This document shows positions 39,864 to 53,090 of a stretch of 64,000 bases of DNA, in pieces. Below the pieces are notes generated by a model. The model was given only the letters and a program-made list of their open reading frames with translations, was not told where the DNA came from and made no database searches. The DNA comes from Phoronis australis (Eukaryota; Animalia; Phoronida): contig NMRA01000416.1 in assembly GCA_002633005.1 (NCBI GenBank), forward strand, positions 206,759-270,758, read 5' to 3'. The stretch's first letter is position 1, and every line of letters begins with the position of its first letter. A program made the position numbers and the translations under genes.

Positions 39864-41269
39864 GTTGCTGTATATGCTTTAAAAAACGACGAATACTCTA
39901 TGTACAAGCTTGTCGTCTGCTATTACGTACTTGACTTGAAAGACTTAATTAACCCCCACAAAACCCCATTTTCATCCAATTTGTCTCACAAAAAGTCACA
40001 GAACTCTATAAGCCACAAAATTACATGATTTTTCTCAAACTATGCGTACAATATTACGTTATTTTTATAGTTTACTTTGAAACCAATTATTTTTATAATT
40101 TACTTTGAAACCAATCACGTTCGTGGACAAAAGCAGTTTTTCGACGATTTGCAATAACTAGTGTTTTTCTTGGGATTGTCATTAGTTGAAGTCCGTTAGT
40201 GATGTCACACTCTGCATGGTCCAGCTCTCCGGGTTAACTCAAGCTAGACGCCTGCTTTTGGTGCTTATAATTGCGATCCCTGACCACGCTTCTACCTCCT
40301 CACTATCTTTGGGAAGGACGCTCACTGCAAACCTGTACACTGTGTAACCCTGGCATGCAATTAGACTTTAATGGTAGGATGTATCTACCTGAACTACAGG
40401 GTCGATCCATGCAGTCAGCCTGGGTTCACCTGGACTGCATTCGGGACTGTTTTATGAAAGGTAGTGTCTGTGTGACCTTAGTTAGAACGGTCTTAACTTA
40501 TCTGCTGCCTGATTAATGACCTCAGGTCCTATGTCCAACAAGACTACAACAGTTACCATCGCCGGAAAGATCCTAGTCATCGAAAGGCAAATTTTAGACT
40601 CAATCAGCATAAAAGTCAAGCTTTATTCATAAGATAATTTATAATCCAGTTTACATGAAATCACTTCAAAAACAGTCACTTATGCATTAGAGAACTGTTT
40701 TTCCTTGTTCAAACAATCAAATATTTAAGCATTACATGATATCCTCCTTAGCAGCTGTCAAGCTATAATGTCCTCACAATGACAACTGATTTAAAGATTC
40801 TATCACCAAGAAAAAATCTGTACCCTGGATAAATACAACTCTTCTAAAGGACATGGATGCCACTCTCTAAATTCTACAAGAGCAAGGCAGAGCGTTGAAA
40901 TGCGCCCACAATTGCACCGTATACGGTATCCTTCTAGGGTTGTTTCTTGGTACCATAAAGTGGCCAGTAGAGGGCATACATGTATATGTAGTATGTTGTA
41001 CTTTGCAAAATGGAAAGGCATGGTCATTGTCTCCTCAATAGGCTAGGGGCAAAATGTGAGTGATCTTCATAATACAAGCACATCCTATACATCAGTTGCT
41101 TAAAGCACCACACAAATATAGAATTAAAAACAAATTTACCAACATACGAGATTAGCACAGCATTAGAATGCCAGAAACAAATTTCTACTTGGAACTTTTC
41201 CTTCATAGTCACGAAGTAACACAAAGTATACACCTGAAGACCTATGAAAATACAGAGGTCAATGTAAAA

Positions 41270-42340
41270 TACTTAAATTGCCACTAGAGGAATATCGGTA
41301 GTCAGAATCTTCCTAAAGTCATCATCGTCCGTTGTCAACATAACATAAATACACTTGCTAAATTTAGTAAAGATCCTACAAACGGTTTGGGAGATACAGC
41401 CATGGGCGCAAAAAATGCCACTAGGAGGCGCCACAGTAATCAAAGTCATGGAAAATTCAGCGTCAACCGTCCTCTTCATAGTAACCACATACATGCCAAT
41501 TTTCACAATCATCCTTTGAGCGGTTTGGTTGATAGAGGGGTGGACGCAAAAATACAGACTCGAAAACACTAAAAATGGCCACTAGGTGGCGCAAACTATG
41601 TCGAATCCATCTGAAAACGGGAGGATAGCGTCATCTCACTAATAGGTGCCTACATACCAAATTTCATGAAAATCTGTTCAGGACTTTGGCTAAAATTGCT
41701 ACTAGGCGGCACACCGGTAGTCGGATCCGTCCAAAAGTCGTCATGTTCCGTTGTTAACATCATATAATATACTTACACAATTTCGTAAAGATCCTGCGAA
41801 CGGTTTAGGAGATACAGCCATAGGCGAAAAAAAAACAAAACAAAACTGTCACTAGGAGGCGCCACAGTAGTCGAAATCGTCGGAAAATCATCGTCAAATG
41901 TCCTCTGCATAGTAAGCATATACATGCCAATTTTCACAATCATCATTTGAGCGGTTTGGTTGATAGAGGGGTGGACGCACAAAAACAGACTCGAAAACAC
42001 TAAAAGTGGCCACTAGGTGGCGCAAACTATGTCGAATCCATCTGAAAACGGGAGGATAGCGTCATCTCACTAATAGGTGCCTACATACCAAATTTCATGA
42101 AAATCCGTTCAGGACTTTTGAAGATATAAAGGTAAGCGTAAAAAACTAAAATTGCCACTAGGGGGCACACCGGTAGTCGGGTCCGTCCGAAAGTTCGCAC
42201 ATGCCGTCCCATTCATGAATGGAACATATGTGCCAAAGGGTTTTGGAGATAGAGCAGCGGACGCCGGACGCCGCCCGGACGGACGGACGGAGATGACGGC
42301 ATAATGCGTCCACATATAAATATGTGGGCGCATACAGTGT
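41270..42340 (+). mobile_element. Helentron-associated (HINE/DINE-1/pearl-like) element with ~431-bp higher-order tandem core
   Basis: Duplicated core (41418 to 41849, 41579 to 42010), a (GGAC)n microsatellite at about 42258-42290, and a 3' hairpin ATGCGTCCACATAT-AA-ATATGTGGGCGCAT. Relatives at about 24740-24850 and 48200-48680. Confidence 0.65.
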
Positions 42341-42949
42341 ATAAATAAAAAAAATGTAGGAACGAACTGTGTTCCGTGTCTCAGCAAGCCTCTTATCCCA
42401 TCATTAGGCTGCAACTCGTATCATTGGGTTCAGTGCAGCAGTACTCCAGATAGACAAGGTTTAACACCCAGTCCATATTCCAACATTTTTAAGTATCTAT
42501 CATTGTTAGTGCCAAACTCATTCATCCAGCCAAGTGTTCTCACCGCCGTTGGAGCATTCCACTTGGAAGAAAATTACTCGGACACAAACGCAAAAATGAA
42601 TAAGACAGTCAAAGATTCAATTCCCCTTCACATCCCAATTTATACACAATAAGATTCTTCCCACCAAAAGCGTGGCACTAATTCTTGCGGATAATTGTCA
42701 ATGCAAGAATTCTAGTGGCAATACAACCTCAGTTCAACATGTCTCCAATGACCTTATACTGTTAATATGCTTATCTTGTTGTAAATAAAACAGTAAATAC
42801 ATGTAGTATTTGCCGTCTCATACTTTCTGTACTTTACTTTGTTTAATGTTGTATTCTGTGTTGTTTGGTGGTCCTCGATGAAGTGGCTTTTGCCTTTGAG
42901 GAACTTCCGCTTATACATACACACATGCATTATACATTACATATAACTA

Positions 42950-42966
42950 TAAATACATATGCATAT

Positions 42967-43030
<64 letters not shown>
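42950..43030. repeat. (CA)n(TA)n microsatellite
   Basis: Read directly from the sequence. Confidence 0.97.
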
Positions 43031-43033
<3 letters not shown>

Positions 43034-43070
43034 CACATATATATATATCCGATTAACGTTTTATTGTATT

Positions 43071-43282
43071 TCACCAAAAGGACAAAAACTTCTGCTCGGT
43101 CACTCTTGGAATGTTAGCCACGACACAGTCACAGATGGTCCTGGTAGTAGGTAGTTCATGTGCCTCAGTCCAATAAAGTTCTCCCGTTCCATCAGGACTC
43201 AGGAGGAACGTTCTTGCTGACAGATTCCTTTTGTTGTCTCTTTCACTCACTACCAATATTTTGTTGTTGTACTTTACTGTAC
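43071..43282 (-). CDS. Kelch-like protein terminal coding exon 6
   Basis: Acceptor TTCTTCTGTCAG|, then GTVKYNNKILVVSER...LYWTEAHELPTTRTICDCVVANIP...FLSFW*. Phase 1 in. AATAAA on the minus strand at 43040-43045. Summed CDS is 1824 nt, divisible by 3. Confidence 0.8.
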
Positions 43283-43647
43283 CTGACAGAAGAAATGTCA
43301 AAAGTTAAAACATTCATGGGACATCTAACTTAAATTTTCTAATTTTTACAGCTACATTAAATACATACACAAATCATGGCATAGGTCCACTGAACATTGC
43401 AAACCATGCAAGGGATGCTCATAATTTCAAACAAGTGCAATCAAAATCAAAACTAAAAATGCCCTTTAGGGGCTTTAACAACACTTACATTGCTTCAAAT
43501 ATTGGCAGGTGTCCTCTAATTAATAAATTGATATTATAGGAGGTGCAGCACGATAATCAATGATACGAGCACCGACGGTACAGAAACACTTTTTACAGGT
43601 TTTGTACATGCAGCCAGATGCAAAAACTAATGAGCTGCCACTACTAC

Positions 43648-43725
43648 CACACACAAACACGTGCGCGCGCGCGCGTGCACAAACACACACACACGCGCGC
43701 GCACACACACATACATACATACACA
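43648..43725. repeat. (CA)n/(GC)n/(CATA)n microsatellite
   Basis: Read directly from the sequence. Confidence 0.9.
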
Positions 43726-44762
43726 AATAGGCATGTACTGAGGAAATGGCAATCTTGAAGACGTAACTTTGGTTCCGAAAAGCACCCCTAAAGGGTCTTT
43801 AGGAAAAGCTGAATAGACTCTGTAATTAACATTGCACTTGATACCAAGAGCTGGAATTTATTGAGATCACTTGGCACAAAACCGAACTGCTATTAACCAA
43901 ATGTACTTAAAACCTCCGTGTCAAGTTTAAAATGGCGACTAAGGAATGTTGCAGTAGACGCAACCACCCAACGTCACCCATGCTTTTATCGGCAGGAACA
44001 TATCTGTTAATGTTTATAATGATCCTCTGAGCAGTTTGTCGTACAGAGGCAGACGACAGAAACGACTTAATTAAAATGGGACGTTTCTGGTGCAGAACAC
44101 GTCAAATCCATCCAAAAATAGAAAGATGTTGTCGCCTTCATTTTCCTAGAGCTCGGAAATGTTGAGTTTCTTAATTAACCCTGGTAATTAACATTAGACG
44201 GCTGAAACAAGATTTAAATGCGTGCAGGTTTAGTGTTTGTTTTTTTTTTGGGGGGGGNAGACCCAATTTCAAGTGTCAAATTCGGAACACGGAACTATGA
44301 CTAAGTATAGGCTCTCCCGCAATATCCCAGACGACCGGCAGTAGCGCTGCGCACTACGACTCCGTTTCCGTCGTCTGCTTCACTGTGAAATGGAAAAAAA
44401 TTTACTTCATTTTTTAAAGAAAATGAAATCTGAGTGACGATGAAAAAGCAGAAGCTGCTGGTAAGATGTGAATTTTAATCGAAGCCTTAGTAAATCACTC
44501 GGCAGAAACTCATAATTCTGTCTTTGTCAAACCCTAAGTTAAGACGATTTTCAAAGCAATCGCGTCATTAATGTCAACACAAAAAAAAACGGATTTGGTC
44601 TTTTGGGCAATTGAAGAATATTTTAAATACAACAAATGTGTTACGAACTGATTGCACAAAATATAAAAGTGTAATAAGCATTACAAAAAGAAGTAGGTTT
44701 CGCGCGCAAACGCTGTGGACCATAAACAAGTAGGTCTCTTAGAATCAAAGTACGTGCGAAAT

Positions 44763-44830
44763 CGTGGTGGTGCAGTGGTAAAGCGCGCGCGTTTTATCCA
44801 CCAGGTCTGAGTTCAAGTCTGTGTTTACTG
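44763..44830 (+). repeat. tRNA-like (A box/B box) segment in a repeat
   Basis: GGTGGTGCAGTGGTAAAGCGC...GAGTTCAAGTCT. No proper acceptor stem. Confidence 0.35.
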
Positions 44831-45202
44831 CACGTTTTGAGCTTTGACACGTTCTCCGTTTTTTTTTTTCTTTGCCTTTTTTCTTGGATAATACTTCAGA
44901 AATCAAGGTAAATGCTTGATATTTAGAGCAATAAACAGAAAAATTTTCCTGGCAAACCCCCCTCCCGACCTCCCCCCATTCGGTGCTATGCGCATCTACA
45001 ATCGTGCTTTGCGCAAATGTTTACAGACAAAATGTTGGCCCCCCTTGTGATATCCTAGATCCGCCACTGATTTTAGAAACTTTTGAGCCAAAGAACGCAA
45101 AGAAAAAGGAACATTCCTAATGGCCAACGAAACATTAGTCAGGGTCATCCAAAAACTAACATCAGCCGTGAAGTCAAAAAGAAATACATTTGCCAAACTT
45201 AT

Positions 45203-47031
45203 AATAGACCTAATTCACGCGGCGGACATTAAAATCCAAAGCGAGGCTCACTGCGACAAACAAAGCGGAAGTTGACATTGCGTGAGTTAAATAGCCGGTC
45301 TTTCGAGTCCAATCTGGATATTAAATCTTAAAAATGTGTCGATAATTAACAACAGAGACGTAGAAAAATACATTAGAGAACAAGGTGATGCACCAAAGAG
45401 ATGTCTGACGAAAGGGTATATTTTTCGGAAAACCAGCTTTAAAACATGGAAAGTAAATATGACCAAATTACGGAGGTATTATGCTGAATGTTGGGTTACG
45501 TATCTTCTTGTAAGTTGTTGATAAAAATGCTTTCAACACGAACCAGGTTATCTGCTTGTACATGTATTGTTGACGAGTTGAAGATATATTCAACAGTGGT
45601 GGCTCATCGCATATTGCTGTCATGGGGAATTAGTCACACCTGGTTTAATTTGTTGATCAAGAGTGTTAACATCAAGTATAGCCTACTGTAGGTACGTCCT
45701 GGTGAGGTAGGAACTACTGACAGTTGATTTGTCATTAATCTGAAAGAATAACTGATGTTATTGAATGCATTTTTAGTAAAATAAAAAAACAAATAAAAAT
45801 GAAAAAAAATATTTGACCGTTATTTAAATTCTGAAAAAAACGAGCACAGCCTCAGAAACCGCTTTTGCATTATATCCAGGTTCTCATTCACTCCGTTGCA
45901 CACATTCACAAGCAATTATTTGACCATCAATTCGGCTTTCTTTGTTTTAATAATTCTTACGTCTATTTCATGTGTTAGGTTTGAACTATCAAGTTGAATT
46001 TTAAAATTATCACACCTAATTCGTTAGTCCAAAGCATAACCTCGCTTTAGAGCTCAACTTCAGTTAACTGGACAGAGCAAGCATAGCTATCATGTTTCTT
46101 CAGGGGCCTCGTTCATGCGACGGGAAAGGTGCCTGTGCCTTGTAAAAGGGGAATTCATTCGCAGAGTCGGAGGGGAAAAATGTACCTCCCGATCATCATC
46201 AATAGCACCCTCGCCCTGTTGCAAGCTCTCATAGGCTCTGTCTCAAGTAGCATTTTGTGCTCTTTCAAACTGTCACCTGTGTGGTTACAAGTGATTTGAA
46301 CTTCATAGAGAACTCTTCAACCACTAGGAGAATTTTTAGGCCTCGTGGGGGGAATTTCAAGGGAATTTCCAATGTTTTTGACAGTGGAATAGGGACGACA
46401 TTCGGCCCCAAAATCGAGGGATTGAGGGTCCAGTCCTTTTTGGAAAGAAAATTGCATCATCTTTCAACCCGTAGTCATGAAAACAGAGCCTGGCTGGCCG
46501 AAGATTCTCCGGTCGTTGATATGATGCTCGGCAACAGAGATGCGACAAAATATGATCTTTGCGAAAACACTTATAAATTTTACACGGACATATTGTCCTT
46601 CGTCGAGACGTATCGCAACGACCCAACGCTTCAGAATCTCAACGTCTTTAGGTATTGTAAACAGACAATTGAGTGTCCGTATTTTTTCTAACCCGGTTCG
46701 AGCAACGCGGAATACAAGCAGTATGCCAATAATAAAAAATAATTGCAGGCGGTCTGTTACACGTTGTACCAGCCGTGCGCAGGCCTCGCATGTGGGAAAT
46801 AATTTTATGCTTTATTAATATATCGTTAAAACCAAGCTGAGGAGCTAGAAACCTGGCTCAAGAGTTTAGCAGTGTGACCTGGTGGGACTCGAACCCACGA
46901 GCTCGAGTAAAGAAAGCGTGCAGTAATCAACCAGGCCACACTGCCTCCTCAGTATGCCAATAAGCCAACATAGCTATCGTAGCAAGCCTCGTTTTGGAAC
47001 GCGCCTCCTGTCGACGTGAATTAGGTCTATT
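45203..47031. mobile_element. ISL2EU/PHIS-like DNA transposon, internally deleted
   Basis: Perfect 17-bp inverted termini AATAGACCTAATTCACG (45203-45219 and 47015-47031). Convergent remnants: plus strand INNRDVEKYI...KRCLTKGY, and minus strand THAP-like RPENLRPARLCFHDYGLKDDAIF. Confidence 0.6.
46733..46949 (-). mobile_element. tRNA-derived SINE with 14-bp TSD
   Basis: A box GTGGCCTGGTTG, B box GGTTCGAGTCCC, an AT-rich tail, and CAGTATGCCAATAA duplicated at 46719-46732 and 46950-46963. Confidence 0.85.
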
Positions 47032-47585
47032 GTCCATCAACCTAGTATTCAAACTGATCCAAAAACACGATCGGCACTAGGGTTCCACTATGTTAAAAAA
47101 TCAACAGCAGCCAGGGTTTCCGCAAGGATTACGTACATAACTGTCAATGAACTACGTCAAAAGAATAGGTGGACATTGAGGTAGATGTAAAGAAAACCAC
47201 ATTTGATTTTAGGAAGCATCAGAGTAGTTGAAGTGCATGAAAATCAACGGCGATCGCTCTCTCCTCAATAATATGACTTCAGTTAGATTTCAGAAACTAG
47301 ACATAGTAAACAACATTGACGATTTGGAGGCACATGCAAACAATAACTAGTATAGCCGCAGGGGTGACACAGTAGTTCGATCTGTCCGAAAATCAACTTC
47401 AGCTATGCTTTCGATAATAGGAACACACCGGATGTGCTGCCACGTCAGTTTTATTATGATTTCAAATACTTTGTAATTATAAGAATTAAATGATAACATC
47501 GATGTACAATTTTTTATCTTGAACAAGGAATGAAAGAGTTGGGGCATTCACACATTCTAAAAAAAAATCAGGCACTAAATATAAC

Positions 47586-47624
47586 TGCTACTACTATCAC
47601 TACTACCACTACTACTACTACTAC
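47586..47624. repeat. (CTA)n microsatellite
   Basis: Read directly from the sequence. Confidence 0.9.
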
Positions 47625-48787
47625 AAAATAAACAATAGTACTATTAAAGAAATAACAATAAAGGAAAACCACTGAAATTCACTGCAATGTAGCACCAAAG
47701 TTCTCCCTCATTCTAATTTTCCTGTTACCCGGTTGTTCGTGCGTTCGAAATACAGCGCTGTTATTTTGAGGATACTTCAAAGGCAAACATGTCTGGGCAT
47801 TACTGTTGTTGATTAGGTACTAAGTGAATGGAATATTCAACGATAGCAATAAAATTATAAAATTTATTAACATGGATTATTCAGACCTGAAACACATGCT
47901 TCGAAAAGTACACTAAAAAAACTTGAATGACCCAATTCAAATCGAAATGGCGTTCTGTTCCACGAGACAAATGCACCGTCCACAATGTTCAACGCGACAC
48001 ATCTAGGTGAATGTATGAGGAACATGTACTCTCATCAGTAGTGCCGCATGTATCAAGATCCATAACGGATTTGAACCACGGAAAAATTGTTACTGAGAAC
48101 CTGTTCAAAAATAAACGTCACACACTTTCTTCTCACTATTAATAAGGCCGCCAATTTTCAAAAAGGTTCTTTGAGCAGTTTGGCGCATAATAAAGCAAAT
48201 GTAAAAAAACAGGTTACAAATCATAAAAATGGCCACTATGTGGCTCAGAACACAAAGAATTTTTCCGAAAATAGGAAGGTGTTATCGTCGCTTTAATCGA
48301 AAGCTTTTTGCCAAATTTCATAAAAATCCGTTAAAGAAACTCAAAAGATAATAGAGGCAAACTTAAAAGAATAAATTGCCACTATAGAGGCACGCCGATA
48401 ATCAGGCCCTTACGCCGGATGGACGGAAGACGAATGGGGATGACGACACAATATGCACACATTACATATTGTTGGGCGAATGATATCATAAAATTGGAAG
48501 AAAGGGGCACAGCCGACTAGTAGGTTTCGTCCAAAATTCGTCGTCATTTGTTACCATATTCATAGGAATACACTTGCCAAATTCCACAAAAATCCTGAAA
48601 GGGGTTTAGGAGTTACAGGGGCAGAAGGCGGAGAAACAGAGGCGACAGCGATGCTAGCCCATGCATATGTGGGTGTATAAATCTAACATAATATTCCCAA
48701 CATCAATTCTGAAAGCTTTTTGAGAGGTTCATTGTGCGTGCATGTTTGAAACTAAGGCATTGAAATTACTTATAACCCATATATTAC

Positions 48788-48904
48788 CTGAAAGCTTCAA
48801 GGCGAGAGGTAGGTTTGGTCCTTTACTCCAGGTGTCAGTAGCAGGATCATATATGTCTACTTGGTTTGTGTATTCTCTTTTATCAGACACAACCTTCAGC
48901 CCTC
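48788..48904 (-). CDS. Kelch-like protein coding exon 5
   Basis: Bounded by TGTAG| and |GTAATA. Translates GGLKVVSDKREYTNQVDIYDPATDTWSKGPNLPLALKLS. Phase 1 in, phase 1 out. Not in the ORF track. Confidence 0.88.
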
Positions 48905-49081
48905 CTACACATAAACGAACAACACGATTATTCCAGATCAGCGTAGAAGTTTATTTCCCAGAAAATTTGAAGTTGCATTCAAGCAGACCAGCATGGATGG
49001 TCCAGCAATCACCAAACCTCGCAAAATTAGAGGCTTGTGTGCAATAACTAGCATGAGCCGAGGGAGAAGTTCGCGAGCCAT

Positions 49082-49283
49082 GTTTGCACTGGTACCGGAG
49101 CCGTGCTGACATAGGCACCGGAGTCGTGCTTACAATGGTGTTTACACAGATACCGAAGCCCTGTTGAAATTGGTTCTGAAACCGTGTTTACACTGATAAC
49201 GGTGCCGTGCTTACACCGGTAGGAGAGCAGTGTTTACGCTGGTACTGGAGCCTTGTTTTCACTGGTACCAAAGCCATGTTTGC
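49082..49283. repeat. Degenerate 23-bp minisatellite in Kelch intron 4
   Basis: About 8-9 units resembling GTTTACACTGGTACCGGAGCCGT. Confidence 0.75.
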
Positions 49284-50720
49284 AGTAATAATATGTGTTG
49301 CGATCCAGGGCTCATCTTTTTTATTGCATCTGCTATCGTTTTGTGAGGGCGAGACCGTCTTCTTTATGAGACGGTGAACTGAGTTAGCGCCCACGGTACC
49401 TTGTACTTCATCAATAGATTTGCTCAATTCCCGCTAATGTCTAGAGGCCCATTTATCAGGGAAACTGATCAAAGGTCATAGTGCGTGGAGCAGAGCAATT
49501 ACTGCTTTTAATTAGACTGGCAACAAAACATTGGCTTTTAAGCCAATTTAAAAATGTTTATCAATGGGTTGAATTCACATGGACAATAGCCTCGCTTTAA
49601 AAACTTCTGTTGTCTGGATTTGAAACATAACGAGAGTTTTTATTAATCTGCGAGCTGTGTTCACGAGTGCGAAGCTATGAGGATGAGTGCGTGAGCTGCC
49701 TTGTTCAGGTACCCTACAGTCGAGTCTAATAAATGCACTTCTCCTTTAAAATTTCTAGACTCAGCTTTTCAAGACAAGGATAAAAACAATCGCAAGTCAG
49801 GTGCAGTATTTATCGAATGATTCTATTCCAACTGTAACCTAATTCGTACAATCGCGCGTTCGCTGAAATTTTTAAGGCTTCAAGATCAGAGAAAAAGAAT
49901 CTTCTAAAAGGTAAGGACAGCACAGAAAGTCATTGACCAATACAATTTCAAAGATGGGTTACATTCAAGTAGTTATGAATATCATGCGCGGAGTATTACT
50001 TTACACAGACTTGTCGATAAGGTCTTACATAACCTTGGTACATGCAAAAATTAATAGGTAATTGGTTACTTTTATAGCCAAGGACCAAATTTATTAAATA
50101 ACTTCTTAACCAAGCATTTCAGAGCCATAACTCGCTATGTGTTTGAAATCCTTGATAATCATAGAGTCTTGTTATCTGCCCAAAGATTATGCTAAGATGT
50201 CCGTAATCACGTGAGATCATCTTTAAAAAGTCTAGATTTTTCACGGAGACCACAATCGATTTTTACATCAAACTTGCAAAGTACGTTTCTTAATGTTTAC
50301 ATAAGCGTGTCTGAGATTTCTTTTAAGACAACTCTGCTGACAAAAAATATACGTCAACATTCCTTGTAAACTGAGTGCCAGCTTTCAAGGTTATAGTCCT
50401 TAACATAGAAAACAAAAAAGAATTTGCATTTTTTTGAAAAAATCAAGTTTACGAGAAATGCCTCTAGCTCTGTGAAAAATGAAGATTTGTTAGATAACGA
50501 GGGAATCATATGACTACAATCCTTTGGGCATGGCTTTCTTGCACATAATAAAATTCTGTGGTTAACAAAAAATCATAAGTATATAGTTCATAGGTCTACT
50601 TTTAATACAAAAAATGCTCAAACTAAAACAGTTCTTGGTGACGAAGGTTGTGCGGCCGCCATTACGTTTTAACCAAAGCCTTTAAGCACACCAAAGAGGT
50701 CTGCATTATGTTGCACTCAC

Positions 50721-50821
50721 CAATGACGTAAAACTGATCTTTGTACACCACAACACCCATCAGAGATTTAGGAGAAGACATGTCGCTCAGGGAAGTCCAT
50801 TGATCCGAACAGGGGTCATAT
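50721..50821 (-). CDS. Kelch-like protein coding exon 4
   Basis: Bounded by CGCAG| and |GTGAGT. Translates YDPCSDQWTSLSDMSSPKSLMGVVVYKDQFYVIG. Phase 2 in, phase 1 out. Not in the ORF track. Confidence 0.88.
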
Positions 50822-50954
50822 CTGCGTAAAAGTTTAATGTCTTCACGAAGAATACAATATGAAAGGCTTAAGGCGCGTAAGAACTAAGCAATTTGTCTAC
50901 AACACGACGCTGACTGTTTGGCAGAATTTGCAGCAATGCTATACTGCCACACAG

Positions 50955-51685
50955 CAAGGCTTGGAATGACCCATGACAAAAAAGAGGAAACTTTTACGGC
51001 CCTAAATACACATTTCAATCTAAACCATACCTCAACAGATCGAAAGTTACTGTGTTGTGTTGGCAAAACGCACTCGTTTTAAGCAGTACCTGACATCTTT
51101 TTCAGCAACAACAATGAAGGCAATTAGACGCAACAAAAAATATTTTTAAAAATTAAAATAACGATAATGATGAAAAATTTGCAGTCTGAGTGGCAGGAGC
51201 TTATTCTTGATTTGTTGCACTGAGGGAGACCAATAAAATTATTTTCAATTCTTATAATTACGATACAAAATTACACAAAAAATGAAAATAAATCCATAGA
51301 TTATCTAGAAAGCCTGAAATACATACACATTTAATTCCAACAAAAATTTTAATTCCAATGCAAATGAAAAAAATTTAAGACGAACACCTGTGGCTCATAC
51401 CCCAACTGTTAGCATGGAGAAATGAAAGTCAAAAACAACAAAGTTTATAGAATGCATCAATCACAATCCTAAGTTGGCCAAACAGTAATTACAGGAGTTA
51501 ATTGTTCATAAGCCACGCTGGTGGAGAAGAAACTATGTGACATAAGAAATAACTATCAGCGAGGACACTGCCGCGATAATTTTATGGCAAATCCGATTTT
51601 TTCCGCGGAAGTATAACGAAAATACGCGGAGGGAATAAAAGAAAAAAGCGGAAATCCGCGTTTCCGCGGAAAATTCCAAGCCTTG
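50955..51685. mobile_element. hAT-like MITE in Kelch intron 3
   Basis: TIR CAAGGCTTGGAAT (50955-50967) and ATTCCAAGCCTTG (51673-51685), with clustered TTCCGCGG subterminal repeats. TSD is imperfect. Confidence 0.6.
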
Positions 51686-51734
51686 CCACAGGCAATCACA
51701 GATCTACACAGCTGTGGTTCCTCGGAGATATACA

Positions 51735-53090
51735 GATTATTACGTGGCGAAGTTGTTATCTCCCGTTATCTAGAGCCCGAGTGGATTTTCGAGAATTATC
51801 GCCCGAGGGGCGTCAGCCCCGAGGGTGATTCTCCATTACCAGCAATTCGTAAACTATGTTATCCGCCAGGTTCTCTGCGTAAACTAGGTCAGCGCTTATG
51901 GACCAGTTAGCGCTTCACTCTCCGCGTGTCCACTGGAGAGAAGCACCCAGGAAGGTTGTTCTACATTTTGTAGCCCAAAATTACCAAAGTTCAAATGCAT
52001 TCCGTTCAAAAGGAAAGACAAATCATATCATTACAGATGTCTGACCAATATCATGAGTCACTACTCGTAAGCAAATCAAAGCTGTCCTTACTCGTTGCCT
52101 TATCTCCCACTACCCGTCAATCGACTAGTTTTCAGTTCGCAATGCAACAATACAATTCTCATAAATTCAACTTGTAATGACCCCTTTCAATTTTAAGCCA
52201 TGCCCAAAGTACTCGGAAACAAATTATTGTTAGATACAACGAGGTTTTTTTTCTCTGAAGTGGATCGTAAACATCTCAGGTGACTGAGTTTTCCGCACAT
52301 AGCTACTTTGGCCTAGTAGTAGAGCTGAATTTTCTGCTCCTCGGGCCGGGCCGGTCAAGGGCCAATCTCTGTTGTACGCACTACTTAAGCATTGGAATCA
52401 AACTGTTATATATAGAGAAAACGTTTATTAGTATACTGGTGTGAATATTATCAGTGATTTAACCAAAAACTTCGAATTAACTAGACCCACTAATGATAGT
52501 CTATGACGATAAACTGATATCAAAAGGCCAAAATTGGCCATTTTCGGCGACCCCATGTTAAATACAAAATTTTGTCTAATTTTCTTCAAAATTCTACATT
52601 TCAATCTTGATTATACTGACATCTGTTGGGTCTATCGGCAACTAACCGCACATGAAAGGCTTGGTCGAAAATTATCGTTTTCTCACATGCACTTTCGGGT
52701 TTTTAGCGGCGATTCCACTTATCGAAGCGACAAAATAAGCCAAAACTTTGGCCATACCATGTTAAACATAATTTTTTTCCAATTCTGCTGAAACTTGGCC
52801 ACGTTTTTAACAAAATACTTATCTATGTTATGTGCTATCGGCAAATGTGATTGATTCATAAATAAGACCCTCACGCTGTGTTTTCTGCGAATCCCATGTA
52901 TTCTGAAGGGGGCTGAGTGATTTTCGCGCATGCGCAATTCACGGTTTCAATATTGCTGGTAATGCCAAAATCCACGAGAGCTCTAGATAAGGGGGATAAC
53001 GACTGAGAACATGTAATAATCTATTTATACCACATACTAAGCGAGAAACATTACAATGAATCGATCTACCTTTCTTGACTCGCCTCGGCT
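51735..53090. mobile_element. Non-autonomous element with ~55-bp imperfect inverted repeats (Crypton-like?)
   Basis: GATTATTAC...GTTATCTCCCGTTATCTAGAGC...GTGGATTTT (51735-51789) is inverted at about 52965-53021. Internal CCCGAGGGGCGTCAGCCCCGAGGG. Confidence 0.4.

Noticed and set aside
46257-46691. 144-aa plus-strand ORF as a gene
   Set aside because: It is antisense to the THAP-like transposase remnant and has no recognisable motif.
51031-51089. Possible extra Kelch exon (…HSNFRSVE|GTATGG) on the minus strand
   Set aside because: There is an in-frame TAA after the acceptor, the phase is incompatible with exon 4, it lies inside the 50955-51685 MITE, and the gene already has six blades without it.
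52320-52984. Academ-like TAGAGCT...AGCTCTA MITE
   Set aside because: The match is only 7 bp with no TSD. The right end is better explained by the longer inverted repeat with 51735-51789.
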